DNA of 64,000 bases, taken from assembly GCA_963721385.1 (NCBI GenBank), contig CAVRJB010000005.1, forward strand, positions 106,208 to 170,207, given 5' to 3'. The DNA comes from an uncultured Acidobacteriota bacterium. Its GTDB lineage: Bacteria > Acidobacteriota > Thermoanaerobaculia > UBA5066. The notes under the pieces were generated by a model. The model was not told where the DNA came from. It searched no databases and saw nothing but the letters and a program-made list of their open reading frames with translations. This document shows positions 27,485 to 36,505 of this stretch, piece by piece; positions within the stretch are counted from its first letter, which is position 1, and the number at the start of each line of letters is the position of its first letter. A program made the position numbers and the translations under genes.

Positions 27485-28682
27485 TTCCATCGCCCCCTCC
27501 GTCGCTCCTGCCGCCGTCGAGGCGCGCGATGCCGCCACGATCCTCGGCACGTACGCCCGAACCTCCTTCCATCCGGTCGCCGGGAAAGGGGCGAAGCTCG
27601 TCGACGTGAGCGGCAAAGAGTACTGGGACCTCCTCGCCGGGATCTCCGTCAACGCGCTCGGTTACCGCCACCGGCGCCTGGTGAGGGCGATGAAGGCGGA
27701 GGCGTCGGGACTCTGGCACGTCTCGAACCTTTTCTTCATGTCGTCCCAGGGGCTGCTCGCCGAGCGCCTTCTTCGGGCCTCGGGGATGTGGCGCGTCTTC
27801 TTCTGCAACACCGGGACGGAGGCCGCGGAGGCCGCCCTCAAGTTCGCGCGCCTGAAGAACCCGGGCCGGACGCGCCTCGTCGCCCTCGACGGGGGCTTCC
27901 ACGGCCGGACGTTCGGCGCGCTCTCGGTCACCGGCTACGAGCCGTACCGGACGCCGTTCGAGCCGCTCCTTCCCGGCGCCGTCTTCCTCCCGCCGAACGA
28001 CGTTGCCGCGCTGGAGAGGGCCGTCACGCCCGACACCTCGGCGATCCTCCTCGAGCCGATTCTCGGGGAGGGAGGGATCGTCCCGCTCACGCCGGCGTAC
28101 CTCGCGGCCGCGCGCCGCCTCGCTGACGCGACCGGCGCGGCCCTCGTCTTCGACGAGATCCAGAGCGGCCTCGGCCGGACGGGCCACCTCTTCGTCTTCC
28201 GCGAGGTCGGCGTGACCCCGGACATGGTGCTGCTCGCCAAGCCGCTCGGCGGCGGCCTCCCGCTCGGCGCCGTCCTCCTCGCCCCGTCGATGGAAGGGCT
28301 CGTGAAGGCGGGGATGCACGGGACGACGTTTGGCGGGAACCCGGTCGCCTGCCGGCTCGGCCTCGAGGTCTTCGACGTTCTCGAGAACGGCGGCCTCCTG
28401 CCGAAGGTGCAGAAGCTCGGGGCCTGGTTCGGCCGGGCCGCGAAGAAGCTGAAGAAGTCCCAGCCGGCGATCGTGGACGTCCGCGGGCGCGGCCTGATGT
28501 GGGGGATCGAGCTCGACCGCGAGGCCGGGCCCGTCCAGAGGAAGCTCCTCGAGAGGGGTTTCGTGGTCGGGACCTCGCGAAAGACGGTGCTCCGCCTCCT
28601 GCCGCCGCTGGTCGTCCCGAAGGCGGCCCTCGCGGAATTCCTCGAAGCCCTCGACGCGATCCTGAAGGAGAAGAGCCCGTGA
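27471..28682 (+). CDS. argD: Acetylornithine aminotransferase
   Basis: Class III PLP motifs FHGRTFGA, DEIQSGLGRTG, AKPLGGG and HGTTFGGNP; arg operon context. Confidence 0.93.
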   Translation: MLPSDSIAPSVAPAAVEARDAATILGTYARTSFHPVAGKGAKLVDVSGKEYWDLLAGISVNALGYRHRRLVRAMKAEASGLWHVSNLFFMSSQGLLAERLLRASGMWRVFFCNTGTEAAEAALKFARLKNPGRTRLVALDGGFHGRTFGALSVTGYEPYRTPFEPLLPGAVFLPPNDVAALERAVTPDTSAILLEPILGEGGIVPLTPAYLAAARRLADATGAALVFDEIQSGLGRTGHLFVFREVGVTPDMVLLAKPLGGGLPLGAVLLAPSMEGLVKAGMHGTTFGGNPVACRLGLEVFDVLENGGLLPKVQKLGAWFGRAAKKLKKSQPAIVDVRGRGLMWGIELDREAGPVQRKLLERGFVVGTSRKTVLRLLPPLVVPKAALAEFLEALDAILKEKSP

Positions 28683-29929
28683 AGAAGCCCGGCCGCGCGA
28701 ACGTGAAGAAGGTCGCCCTCGCCTACTCGGGAGGGCTCGACACCTCGATCATCATCCCCTGGCTCAGGGAAAACTACGGCTGCGAGGTCGTGGCCGTGGC
28801 CGTCGACGTCGGCCAGAAGGAGGAGACGGACGGCCTCGCCGAGAAGGCGAGGAAGACCGGCGCCTGCGACTTCCACCTGATCGACGCGCGGGCGGAGTTC
28901 GCGAAGGACTACCTCTTCCCGGTCCTGAAGGCGGGCGCGGTCTACGAGCACGAGTACCTGCTCGGCACGGCCACGGCGCGGCCCCTCATCGCCCGAAAGC
29001 AGGTCGAGGTGGCCCTCGCGACCGGCTGCGACGGCCTCTCGCACGGCTGCACGGGGAAGGGGAACGACCAGGTCCGGTTCGAGCTGACGTACCAGGCGCT
29101 CGCGCCGGAGCTGGCCATCATCGCCCCGTGGCGCGAGTGGGAGATCCGTTCGCGCGAGGACGCGATCGACTACGCGGCGGCGCGCGGGATCCCGGTGACG
29201 GCGACGAAGAGAGAGCCGTACTCCCGCGACCGGAACCTCTGGCACCTCTCGCACGAGGGCGGGCCGCTCGAGGAGCCCGGCTTCGAGCCGGAGGCCTCGA
29301 TGTTCCAGCTGACGGTCGACCCCGAGAAGGCCCCCGACGCTCCCGAGCGGGTGACGGTCGGATTCGAGAAGGGGTTCCCCGTTTCGGTCAACGGCGAGAA
29401 GCTCGCGCCCGTCGCCCTCATCGAGGCGCTGAACGGGATTGGCGGCCGAAACGGCGTCGGCCGGATCGACCTCGTCGAGAACCGTCTCATCGGGATCAAG
29501 TCTCGCGGCGTCTACGAGACGCCGGGCGGGACGATCCTCGTCGCGGCGCTCCGGGCGCTCGAGTCGCTCACGCTCGACCGCGACTCGTCGCACGAGAAGG
29601 CCCGCCTCGCCTCCCGATACGCCGAGCTCGTCTATTTCGGTCAGTGGTTCTCGCCGCTCCGCGACGCGCTCGACGCCTTCATGACCGCCCTCATGCCGAC
29701 CGTCACGGGGAGCGTGACGCTGAAGCTCTACAAGGGGAGCTGCCTCGTCGTCGGCCGGACCTCTCCCTACGCGCTCTATTCGACGTCGCTCGCGTCGTTC
29801 GACATGACCGGCTTCACGCCGAAGGACTCGGAGGGATTCATCCGGCTCTTCGGCCTTCCGACGAAGGGGCGCGAGCGCCTCTCGAAGGACGGAACGCCGT
29901 ACCAGGCGGTCGTCGGGGGCGAGGGTTGA
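28679..29929 (+). CDS. argG: Argininosuccinate synthase
   Basis: LAYSGGLDTS, HGCTGKGNDQVRFE and KSRGVYETPGG. Confidence 0.97.
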   Translation: MKKPGRANVKKVALAYSGGLDTSIIIPWLRENYGCEVVAVAVDVGQKEETDGLAEKARKTGACDFHLIDARAEFAKDYLFPVLKAGAVYEHEYLLGTATARPLIARKQVEVALATGCDGLSHGCTGKGNDQVRFELTYQALAPELAIIAPWREWEIRSREDAIDYAAARGIPVTATKREPYSRDRNLWHLSHEGGPLEEPGFEPEASMFQLTVDPEKAPDAPERVTVGFEKGFPVSVNGEKLAPVALIEALNGIGGRNGVGRIDLVENRLIGIKSRGVYETPGGTILVAALRALESLTLDRDSSHEKARLASRYAELVYFGQWFSPLRDALDAFMTALMPTVTGSVTLKLYKGSCLVVGRTSPYALYSTSLASFDMTGFTPKDSEGFIRLFGLPTKGRERLSKDGTPYQAVVGGEG

Positions 29930-31323
29930 AGAAGCGAGCGGCGCAGCGTGAGGCGCTCTGGGGCGGGCGTTTCTCCGAGCCCCCCGCCGCGGTCCTCTCG
30001 CGGCTGAACGACTCGTTCGGGTTCGACCGCGAGCTCCTGCAGGAGGACGTCGCGGGCTCGATCGCGTGGGCCGAGGCGCTCGGGCGCGCGAGAGTCCTCT
30101 CGCGCGCCGAGACGGCGAAGCTCGTCCGCGGACTCAGGGTGATCGGGAAGAAGGGCGTCGCCGGGATTCCCGTGGGAGCGGCCTTCGAGGACGTCCATTC
30201 GTACGTCGAGGGGACGCTCAAGAGGAGGCTCGGCCCGCTTGGGGGAAAGCTCCACACGGGGCGATCCCGGAACGACCAGGTCGCCACCGACTTCAGGCTC
30301 TGGCTGAGAGGCGCCCTCGACGAGGGGCGGGGCCTCGTCCTCGGCCTGGCGGAGTCGCTCGCGTCGCGGGCGAGGGCCGAGGCGGCAACGCCGATGCCCG
30401 GCTACACGCACCTGAAGCGCGCGGAGCCCGTCACCTTCGGGCACTGGTGCCTCGCGTACGTCGAGATGCTCCTCCGCGACGCGGACCGCTTCGCCTCGGC
30501 AAGGCGCCGCGGGAACGAGTGCCCGCTCGGTTCCGGGGCGCTCTCCGGCACGCCGGTTCCCGTCGACCGCGAGGCGCTCGCGACGCGGCTCGGCTTCGAC
30601 CGGCCGACCGCGAACTCCCTCGACGGCGTCTCCGACCGGGACACGGCCGCCGAGTACCTCTTCGCCGCGAGCCTCCTCCTCGTCCACCTGTCGCGGCTGG
30701 GGGAGGACCTGATCTTCTTCTCGTCGGACGAGTGCGGGTTCGCGGTCCTTCCGGACGCCCTGGCGACCGGTTCGTCGCGGATGCCGCAGAAGAAGAACCC
30801 GGACCTCCTCGAGCTGGCCCGGGGCCACGCGGGGCGGGCGATCGGCGAGCTGGCCGGGCTGCTCGCGGTCCTGAAGGGGCTGCCCCTCGCCTACGACAAG
30901 GACCTCCAGCTCGACAAGGAGCCGGCGTTCCGCGTGCGGGCCGTCGTGGCGGCGGTGCTGCCGGCCCTGACGCAGCTCGTGAAGCGGCTGGAGGTGGACC
31001 GGCGCGCGATGAAGCGGGCCGCGGCCGACGACCGGCTCCTCGCGACGGAGCTCGCGGACGCCCTCGCGAAGCGGGGAATCCCGTTCCGCGAGGCGCACGA
31101 GATCGTCGGGCGCCGCTTCGCCCGGGCCGAGGCCGAAGGGACGTCGCTCGCGGCCCTGGGGCCGTCGGACGGGATCGGCGCACGGGACCTCGCCGCGCTC
31201 GACGTGGGGCGGGCGCTCGCGAAGCGCCGGTCCGTCGGGGGGACCTCGCCGCGCCGGGTGGCCGCCGCCGCCCGGGACGCCGCGCGGCGAATCGCCGCCG
31301 CCCGCCGCGGACGTGAACGGTGA
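29926..31323 (+). CDS. argH: Argininosuccinate lyase
   Basis: LWGGRF, LHTGRSRNDQVATD and TGSSRMPQKKNPD. TTG at 29926 overlaps the argG stop. Confidence 0.96.
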   Translation: MKKRAAQREALWGGRFSEPPAAVLSRLNDSFGFDRELLQEDVAGSIAWAEALGRARVLSRAETAKLVRGLRVIGKKGVAGIPVGAAFEDVHSYVEGTLKRRLGPLGGKLHTGRSRNDQVATDFRLWLRGALDEGRGLVLGLAESLASRARAEAATPMPGYTHLKRAEPVTFGHWCLAYVEMLLRDADRFASARRRGNECPLGSGALSGTPVPVDREALATRLGFDRPTANSLDGVSDRDTAAEYLFAASLLLVHLSRLGEDLIFFSSDECGFAVLPDALATGSSRMPQKKNPDLLELARGHAGRAIGELAGLLAVLKGLPLAYDKDLQLDKEPAFRVRAVVAAVLPALTQLVKRLEVDRRAMKRAAADDRLLATELADALAKRGIPFREAHEIVGRRFARAEAEGTSLAALGPSDGIGARDLAALDVGRALAKRRSVGGTSPRRVAAAARDAARRIAAARRGRER

Positions 31324-32498
31324 AGCTTCCCAAGGGGTTTCTCGCCTCGGGCGTCCGCGCCGGCATCCGGAAAAAGGGGCCCGACGTGGCGTTTCTCGTC
31401 GCCGAGAAGGGGGCGAACGCCGCCGCGATCTTCACGAAGAACCGCTTTCAGGCGGCGCCTGTCGTCCTCGCACGGAACGGTCTGAATCGGAGCGGCGGCC
31501 GCGTGCGCGGCGTCGTCGTCAACGCGGGCTGCGCCAACGCCGCGACCGGCGCCGAGGGGATGGCGGCCGCGCGGCGCGTCCGGAGCCGGGCCGCCGAGCT
31601 GCTCGGCTGCCCGGCCGAGGAGGTCTTCGTCGCGTCGACCGGCGTCATCGGGGTCGTCCTGCCCGACCTGAAGATCCGGGCGGCGCTCCCCGACGCCCGG
31701 CGGCGGCTCTCAGCCTCGGGTCTCGCGGCCGCCTCCCGCGCGATCCTGACGACCGACGTCGGGCCGAAGGTCGCCCAGGCCACGTTCCGCGCCGGTGGCC
31801 GGCGCGGCCGTGTCGTCGGTTTCGCCAAGGGCGCGGGGATGATCCACCCCGACATGGCGACGATGCTGGCGTTCGTCATGACGGACGCGGCGGCGGGGCC
31901 TGAATTCCTGCAAAAGGCGCTTCGTGCTGCGGCCGCGTCGAGCTTCAACGCGATCAGCGTCGACGGCGACACCTCGACGAACGACACGGTCCTCCTGATG
32001 GCGTCGGGGACGCTCGGCAACCGGGCGCTCGGGGAGCGGGACGGCGCCGACTTCCTCCGGGCCCTCGCGGACGTCTGCCGCGATCTGGCCTGGAGGATCG
32101 TCCGTGACGGAGAAGGCGCGACCCGCGTGATGGAAGTGACCGTGGCCGGCGCGCGAAGCCGGAGGGACGCGGACGCGGCCGTCCACGCGATCGTGACGTC
32201 GCCTCTCGTCAAGACCGCCCTCCACGGCGGCGACCCGAACTGGGGGCGGATCCTCGCGGCCGCGGGACGGAGCGGCGCGCGCTTCTCCGAGCGGCGCGTG
32301 ACGCTGAAGGTGGGCGACCTGACGCTCGTTGAGAACGGCACGATCTCGCCCTACCGCGAGAAGGACGCGGCCCGGATCTTCGCGAAGGAGCGGGTGCCGA
32401 TCCTCGTCGACCTCGGCGCCGGGACGGCGTCGGCGACGAAGCTGTCGTGCGACATCGGGCACGGCTACGTCTCGGTGAACGCGGATTACCGGAGCTGA
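31320..32498 (+). CDS. argJ: Ornithine acetyltransferase / N-acetylglutamate synthase
   Basis: AKGAGMIHPDMATML, VDGDTSTNDT, DGEGAT, DPNWGRI and YVSVNADYRS. Confidence 0.97.
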   Translation: MKLPKGFLASGVRAGIRKKGPDVAFLVAEKGANAAAIFTKNRFQAAPVVLARNGLNRSGGRVRGVVVNAGCANAATGAEGMAAARRVRSRAAELLGCPAEEVFVASTGVIGVVLPDLKIRAALPDARRRLSASGLAAASRAILTTDVGPKVAQATFRAGGRRGRVVGFAKGAGMIHPDMATMLAFVMTDAAAGPEFLQKALRAAAASSFNAISVDGDTSTNDTVLLMASGTLGNRALGERDGADFLRALADVCRDLAWRIVRDGEGATRVMEVTVAGARSRRDADAAVHAIVTSPLVKTALHGGDPNWGRILAAAGRSGARFSERRVTLKVGDLTLVENGTISPYREKDAARIFAKERVPILVDLGAGTASATKLSCDIGHGYVSVNADYRS

Positions 32499-32513
32499 GA
32501 GGAGCCCCCGGCC

Positions 32514-32921
32514 TTACTTCGGCGGCGGGTTCCGCCGCGAGGCCTGCGCCTCGCTGATCTTCGTCCGGATCCCCTCGGCGTCGCGCTTCCAGTGGCCGTG
32601 GCAGACGATCGGCTGCGAGCCGCCCGTCGTCTCGATGATGACGTCGGCGAAGAGGAACCCGGCGCTGACCCGGACCGAGGCGATCTGGTCGATCGAGATC
32701 GTCTGCTCCTCGTGGCCGATCCACTTCGGCGTGTAGCGGACGACGCGGTCGGGGAATACGGCGATCTGCGTCGGGAAGAGGCGGTTTCCGGACGTCCACC
32801 GCGAGGCGGCGAAGACCGGCGCGTCCTTCGTGAACGGGCGGCTGGACATGAAGACGAATCCTCCCCAGAGAATCGCGAAGACGGCGATGGCGATGACGGC
32901 GTACTTGAGCAGAGGCTTCAT
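32514..32921 (-). CDS. Small membrane-anchored protein with a bacterial PH-like domain
   Basis: N-terminal TM helix followed by ISIDQIASVRVSAGFLFADVIIETTGG, a bPH-like pattern. Confidence 0.7.
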   Translation of the reverse strand: MKPLLKYAVIAIAVFAILWGGFVFMSSRPFTKDAPVFAASRWTSGNRLFPTQIAVFPDRVVRYTPKWIGHEEQTISIDQIASVRVSAGFLFADVIIETTGGSQPIVCHGHWKRDAEGIRTKISEAQASRRNPPPK

Positions 32922-32979
32922 GAGGTCTCTTTCCGCAGCGGCGGCTTTGTCCCGGCAGGATAGCGCGGGCCGATTCCGC

Positions 32980-33008
32980 TTGACTTGCGGCCGAGTTGCG
33001 CCTAAATT
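32980..33008 (+). promoter_or_regulatory. sigma70 promoter of lexA
   Basis: TTGACT (32980-32985), 17-nt spacer, TAAATT (33003-33008). Confidence 0.7.
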
Positions 33009-33016
33009 CGCTTGCA

Positions 33017-33086
33017 AGGTGGTCCGCTAGTGGCGGACCACCTATGGCAGAAGAAATTAGGAATTTATTCATTTTTTCCTAATTTC
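33017..33086. repeat. Two perfect 11-bp inverted repeats in the lexA leader
   Basis: AGGTGGTCCGC-tagtg-GCGGACCACCT (33017-33043) and GAAATTAGGAA-N12-TTCCTAATTTC (33053-33086). Confidence 0.9.
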
Positions 33087-33124
33087 ATTCGGCAGAAAGG
33101 GTAGTGGCGGGAGGCAAGTCTACC

Positions 33125-33733
33125 ATGGTTACGACGCTGACGGAGCGGCAGAAGGAGATCGTCGACTTCATCCGGCGCTACCGCGAGCGCCGCGGCATCT
33201 CCCCGACCCAGCGCGAGATCTGCGAGGAGTTCGGCTTCTCGTCGTTCGGCACGCTCCAGAAGCACATCAAGCTCCTGATGGAGAAAGGCGTCGTCGTCAG
33301 GGACTGGAACAAGCGGCGCTCGCTCGTTCTCGCCGAGGAAGAGAACCGCCCCTTCGCCGTGGAGGTGCCTCTTTACGGCCGGATCGCGGCGGGGCGCCCG
33401 ATCGAGGTGATCGCGGGCGACGAGACCGTCGCAGTGCCCGAGGTCCTGACGAAGAAGGGCGAGAACTTCGTCCTCCGGGTCAACGGCCAGTCGATGGTGG
33501 ACGACGGCGTCCACGACGGCGACTACGTCGTCATCCAGAAGCGGGAGCGGGCGACGAACGGCGACATGGTCGTGGCGCTCGTGAACGGCGAGGCGACCCT
33601 CAAGCGCTGGTACCGCGAGGCTGACGGCCGCATCCGGCTCCAGCCGTCGAACGAGCGGATGCCGCCGATGGTCTTCGGCGAGCACGAGGTCGCCGTGCAG
33701 GGCGTCGTCGTGGGGCTCATGCGGCGATACTGA
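33125..33733 (+). CDS. lexA: LexA repressor
   Basis: LTERQKEI..PTQREI winged helix, cleavage site IAAG, catalytic GQSM and ATLKR. GGAGG SD before ATG 33125. Confidence 0.95.
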   Translation: MVTTLTERQKEIVDFIRRYRERRGISPTQREICEEFGFSSFGTLQKHIKLLMEKGVVVRDWNKRRSLVLAEEENRPFAVEVPLYGRIAAGRPIEVIAGDETVAVPEVLTKKGENFVLRVNGQSMVDDGVHDGDYVVIQKRERATNGDMVVALVNGEATLKRWYREADGRIRLQPSNERMPPMVFGEHEVAVQGVVVGLMRRY

Positions 33734-33740
33734 CGTTTTC

Positions 33741-33767
33741 CGGGAAACCCGTCTGGCGGGTTTCCCG
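33741..33767. terminator. GC-rich hairpin after lexA; possible terminator or RNA-stabilising stem
   Basis: CGGGAAACCCG-tctgg-CGGGTTTCCCG. No downstream U-tract, so not a canonical intrinsic terminator. Confidence 0.45.
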
Positions 33768-33815
33768 CGGCGCCTGCGGCGCCTCCCTTCCGCTCGGCGG
33801 CTCCGCCGCCTGCGC

Positions 33816-34667
33816 ATGCAGAATGCGGGCGTGAGACTTCGTCGCCTCCGGCTTCCGAACGGGATCCACGTCGCCGGGCTGGACCTCGGCCCGCTGCAGC
33901 CGGCGGCCGGGCGGGCCGCGCCGCTTCTCGTCCTCCTCCACGGCGTCGGCGCCGACAAGGGGCAGTGGGCGCTGACGGCGCCGCTCCTCGCGCGCCGGCG
34001 GCGCGTCTTCGCTCCCGACCTCCTCGGGCACGGCGCCTCCGACAAGCCGGCCGGACCCGGAGTCGACTACCGGATCCGCCTCCTCGCGGACGTCGTCTTC
34101 GAAGCCCTGGAGCGACTCCCGGACGCGCCCCACCGGATCGACCTCCTCGGTCACTCCCTCGGCGGAGCGGTCGCGCTCGACCTGGTCCGGCGCCACCCCC
34201 GCCTCGTGAGGCGCCTCGTCCTCGTCGATTCGGCTGGCCTCCCGCCGAAGGAGGCGATCGACCTTCTCGCCGCCTCGCTTCCGTTCGCGCCGCGCGGATT
34301 CGACGACTCGCGCCGCCTTCTCGCGACGAGTGTGAACTCGAGATGGCTCGGCCACCCGCTCGTCGCGCTCGCGGCGTCCGCCTACAAGGGGCGGCGCCGG
34401 AACCGCCCGCAGCTCCTGAAGCTTCTCGCGGCGATCGCGGCGGGAGAGGACGCGCTGTCGGCGCGCGATCTCGGGCGGATCCCGCACCCCACGCTCGTCC
34501 TCTGGGGCGACCAGGACCGGATCTTCCCGGTCGCGACCGGCCGACGGCTCGCCGCGGCCCTTCCCGCCGCGCACCTGGAAATCCTGCCGCGGTGCGGGCA
34601 CGTGCCGCCCACCGAGCGCCCGCTCGCGTTCGTGCGCCGCGTCGCCGCCTTCCTCGACGAAGCGTGA
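33816..34667 (+). CDS. Alpha/beta fold hydrolase
   Basis: LLHG, DLLGHGAS, nucleophile GHSLGG, WGDQDRI and CGHVP. Confidence 0.92.
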   Translation: MQNAGVRLRRLRLPNGIHVAGLDLGPLQPAAGRAAPLLVLLHGVGADKGQWALTAPLLARRRRVFAPDLLGHGASDKPAGPGVDYRIRLLADVVFEALERLPDAPHRIDLLGHSLGGAVALDLVRRHPRLVRRLVLVDSAGLPPKEAIDLLAASLPFAPRGFDDSRRLLATSVNSRWLGHPLVALAASAYKGRRRNRPQLLKLLAAIAAGEDALSARDLGRIPHPTLVLWGDQDRIFPVATGRRLAAALPAAHLEILPRCGHVPPTERPLAFVRRVAAFLDEA

Positions 34668-34690
34668 GGCCGATCCGCTAATCTGGGCGC

Positions 34691-36496
34691 ATGGCCCGCC
34701 GCAAGCGCCTCCGCGCCGCCCCGCCCCCGCGCGTCACGTCCTTCACCGTCGCGATGCCCCGGCCCGAGACGCATCTCTTCGAGATCACGATGCGGATCGC
34801 GCCCTTCGAGTCGCCGGTCGACTGTTTCGACCTCGTCCTCCCGGTCTGGACGCCCGGCTCGTACATGGTGCGGGAGTTCTCCCGCCACCTCCGCGACCTC
34901 TCGGTGGAGGGCCCGTTCGGGACCCGTCTTTCCGTCCTGAAGGTCGAGAAGAACCGCTGGCGCGTCGGGTCGACGGACGACCCGTCGCCCGGCCCCTTCA
35001 CGGTCCGCTACCGCGTCTTCGCGCACGAGCTGACGGTCCGGACCTCTCACCTCGACGCGACCCACGGCTACGGCAACGGCGCGAACCTCTTCCTCTACGT
35101 CGACGGCCGGAAGGAGGAGCCGCACCGCGTCGCCTTCGACCTGCCCGGCGGGTGGAAGGCCACGATGCCGTTGCCGCGCCGGGAAGGAGCGTTCCGGGCG
35201 GCCGACTACGACGAGCTCGTCGACTCGCCGTTCGAGTGTGGCACGCACCGGACCTGGGAGTTCCGGGTGGCGGGCGTCCCCCACACCCTCGCCGTCTGGG
35301 GTGCCGGCAACGAGGAACCGCGCCGGCTGGTTCGCGACCTGACCGCGCTCGTGAAGGCCGCCGCGAGGATGTTCGGCGGACTCCCGTACGAGCGATACGT
35401 CTTCCTCGTTCACCTCGCGCCCGGCGCACGCGGGGGGCTCGAGCACCGCGCCTCGCAGTCGGTCGCGATGGACCCGTTCACGTTCGCGCCGGAGTCGGCG
35501 TACCGCGACGCCCTCCGGCTCTTCGCACACGAGCTCTTCCATGCCTGGAACGTGAAGCGGATCCGGCCCCGCCCGCTCGGCCCGTTCGACTACACGAAAG
35601 AGGCCTACACGCGGGACCTCTGGGCGATGGAGGGGATCACCTCGTATTACCAGGAGCTCCTTCTCTGCCGGGCGGGGCTCCAGGAGCCGAAGCACCTGCT
35701 CGAAGAGATGGCGAAGGCTCTGAAAGGACATCGCGACACGCCGGGCACGGCCGTTCAGAGCGCCGAGCTCGCCTCCTTGGACGCCTGGATCCGGGCCTAC
35801 CGTCCCGACGAGAACTCGCCGAACGTCTCCGAGAGCTACTACCGCCGCGGGATGCTGATCGGCTGGGCGCTCGACCTGACGATCCGGAAGGCGACGCGGG
35901 GACGCCGGTCGCTCGACGACGTCCTCCGGCGCCTCTTCCGTCGGTGGGGAGCAAAGGGGCTCGCCTACCCGGACGGCGAGGTGGAGAGGACGGCGTCCGC
36001 GGTCGGCGGGCGGGACCTCCGGGGCTTCTTCGACCGGTACGTCCGGGGCGTCGGGTCGCCGGCATTCGAGCGCCTCCTCCCGGCGTTCGGCTGGACCCTC
36101 CGGGAAAAGCCCGAGAGAGATGCCGACGGCGAGACGCCGACGAAGGTCCGGACGGTGGCCGACTTCGGCTGGAAGACGAAGGCGGAGAGCGGGCGCCTCG
36201 TCGTCGCGGAGGCCTGGACCGGACGCGCGGCCTACGAGGCGGGGCTCTCGGCGGGCGACGAGCTCGTCGCCCTTGCGGGTGTGAAGGCGAGCGAGGACGA
36301 GCTCCAGCGGCTCGTCCGCGACGGCAAGTCGGGGACGCGGGTCGAGGTCGCCGTCTTCCGCAGGGGCCGCCTGTTGACGATCCCGCTCACGCTCGGCGCC
36401 CGGCGCGCCTTCGCTTACGAGATCGTCCTCGACGAGAACGCCGCGCGGGACGCGCGGCGTCTCGGACGCGGCTGGCTGGGACCGGCGCCGGGCTGA
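34691..36496 (+). CDS. M61 family metallopeptidase with a C-terminal PDZ domain
   Basis: LPVWTPGSY, DELVDSP, GGLEH, HELFHAWNVKRIRP, EGITSYY and PDZ-like AYEAGLSAGDELVA. Confidence 0.93.
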   Translation: MARRKRLRAAPPPRVTSFTVAMPRPETHLFEITMRIAPFESPVDCFDLVLPVWTPGSYMVREFSRHLRDLSVEGPFGTRLSVLKVEKNRWRVGSTDDPSPGPFTVRYRVFAHELTVRTSHLDATHGYGNGANLFLYVDGRKEEPHRVAFDLPGGWKATMPLPRREGAFRAADYDELVDSPFECGTHRTWEFRVAGVPHTLAVWGAGNEEPRRLVRDLTALVKAAARMFGGLPYERYVFLVHLAPGARGGLEHRASQSVAMDPFTFAPESAYRDALRLFAHELFHAWNVKRIRPRPLGPFDYTKEAYTRDLWAMEGITSYYQELLLCRAGLQEPKHLLEEMAKALKGHRDTPGTAVQSAELASLDAWIRAYRPDENSPNVSESYYRRGMLIGWALDLTIRKATRGRRSLDDVLRRLFRRWGAKGLAYPDGEVERTASAVGGRDLRGFFDRYVRGVGSPAFERLLPAFGWTLREKPERDADGETPTKVRTVADFGWKTKAESGRLVVAEAWTGRAAYEAGLSAGDELVALAGVKASEDELQRLVRDGKSGTRVEVAVFRRGRLLTIPLTLGARRAFAYEIVLDENAARDARRLGRGWLGPAPG

Positions 36497-36505
36497 CGCC
36501 GCCCG

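Noticed and set aside
33017-33110. lexA leader repeats as a CRISPR array or IS ends
   Set aside because: The repeats are short and not regularly spaced. No cas or transposase genes or target duplications are present.
33121-33140. TACCAT as a leaderless -10 box for lexA with a CTG start at 33138
   Set aside because: An SD-led in-frame ATG at 33125 and a canonical upstream promoter explain expression more simply.
33790-33812. GGCGGC-TCC-GCCGCC mini-hairpin as a REP element
   Set aside because: I noticed only one intergenic copy, and short GC stems arise easily by chance at this GC content.
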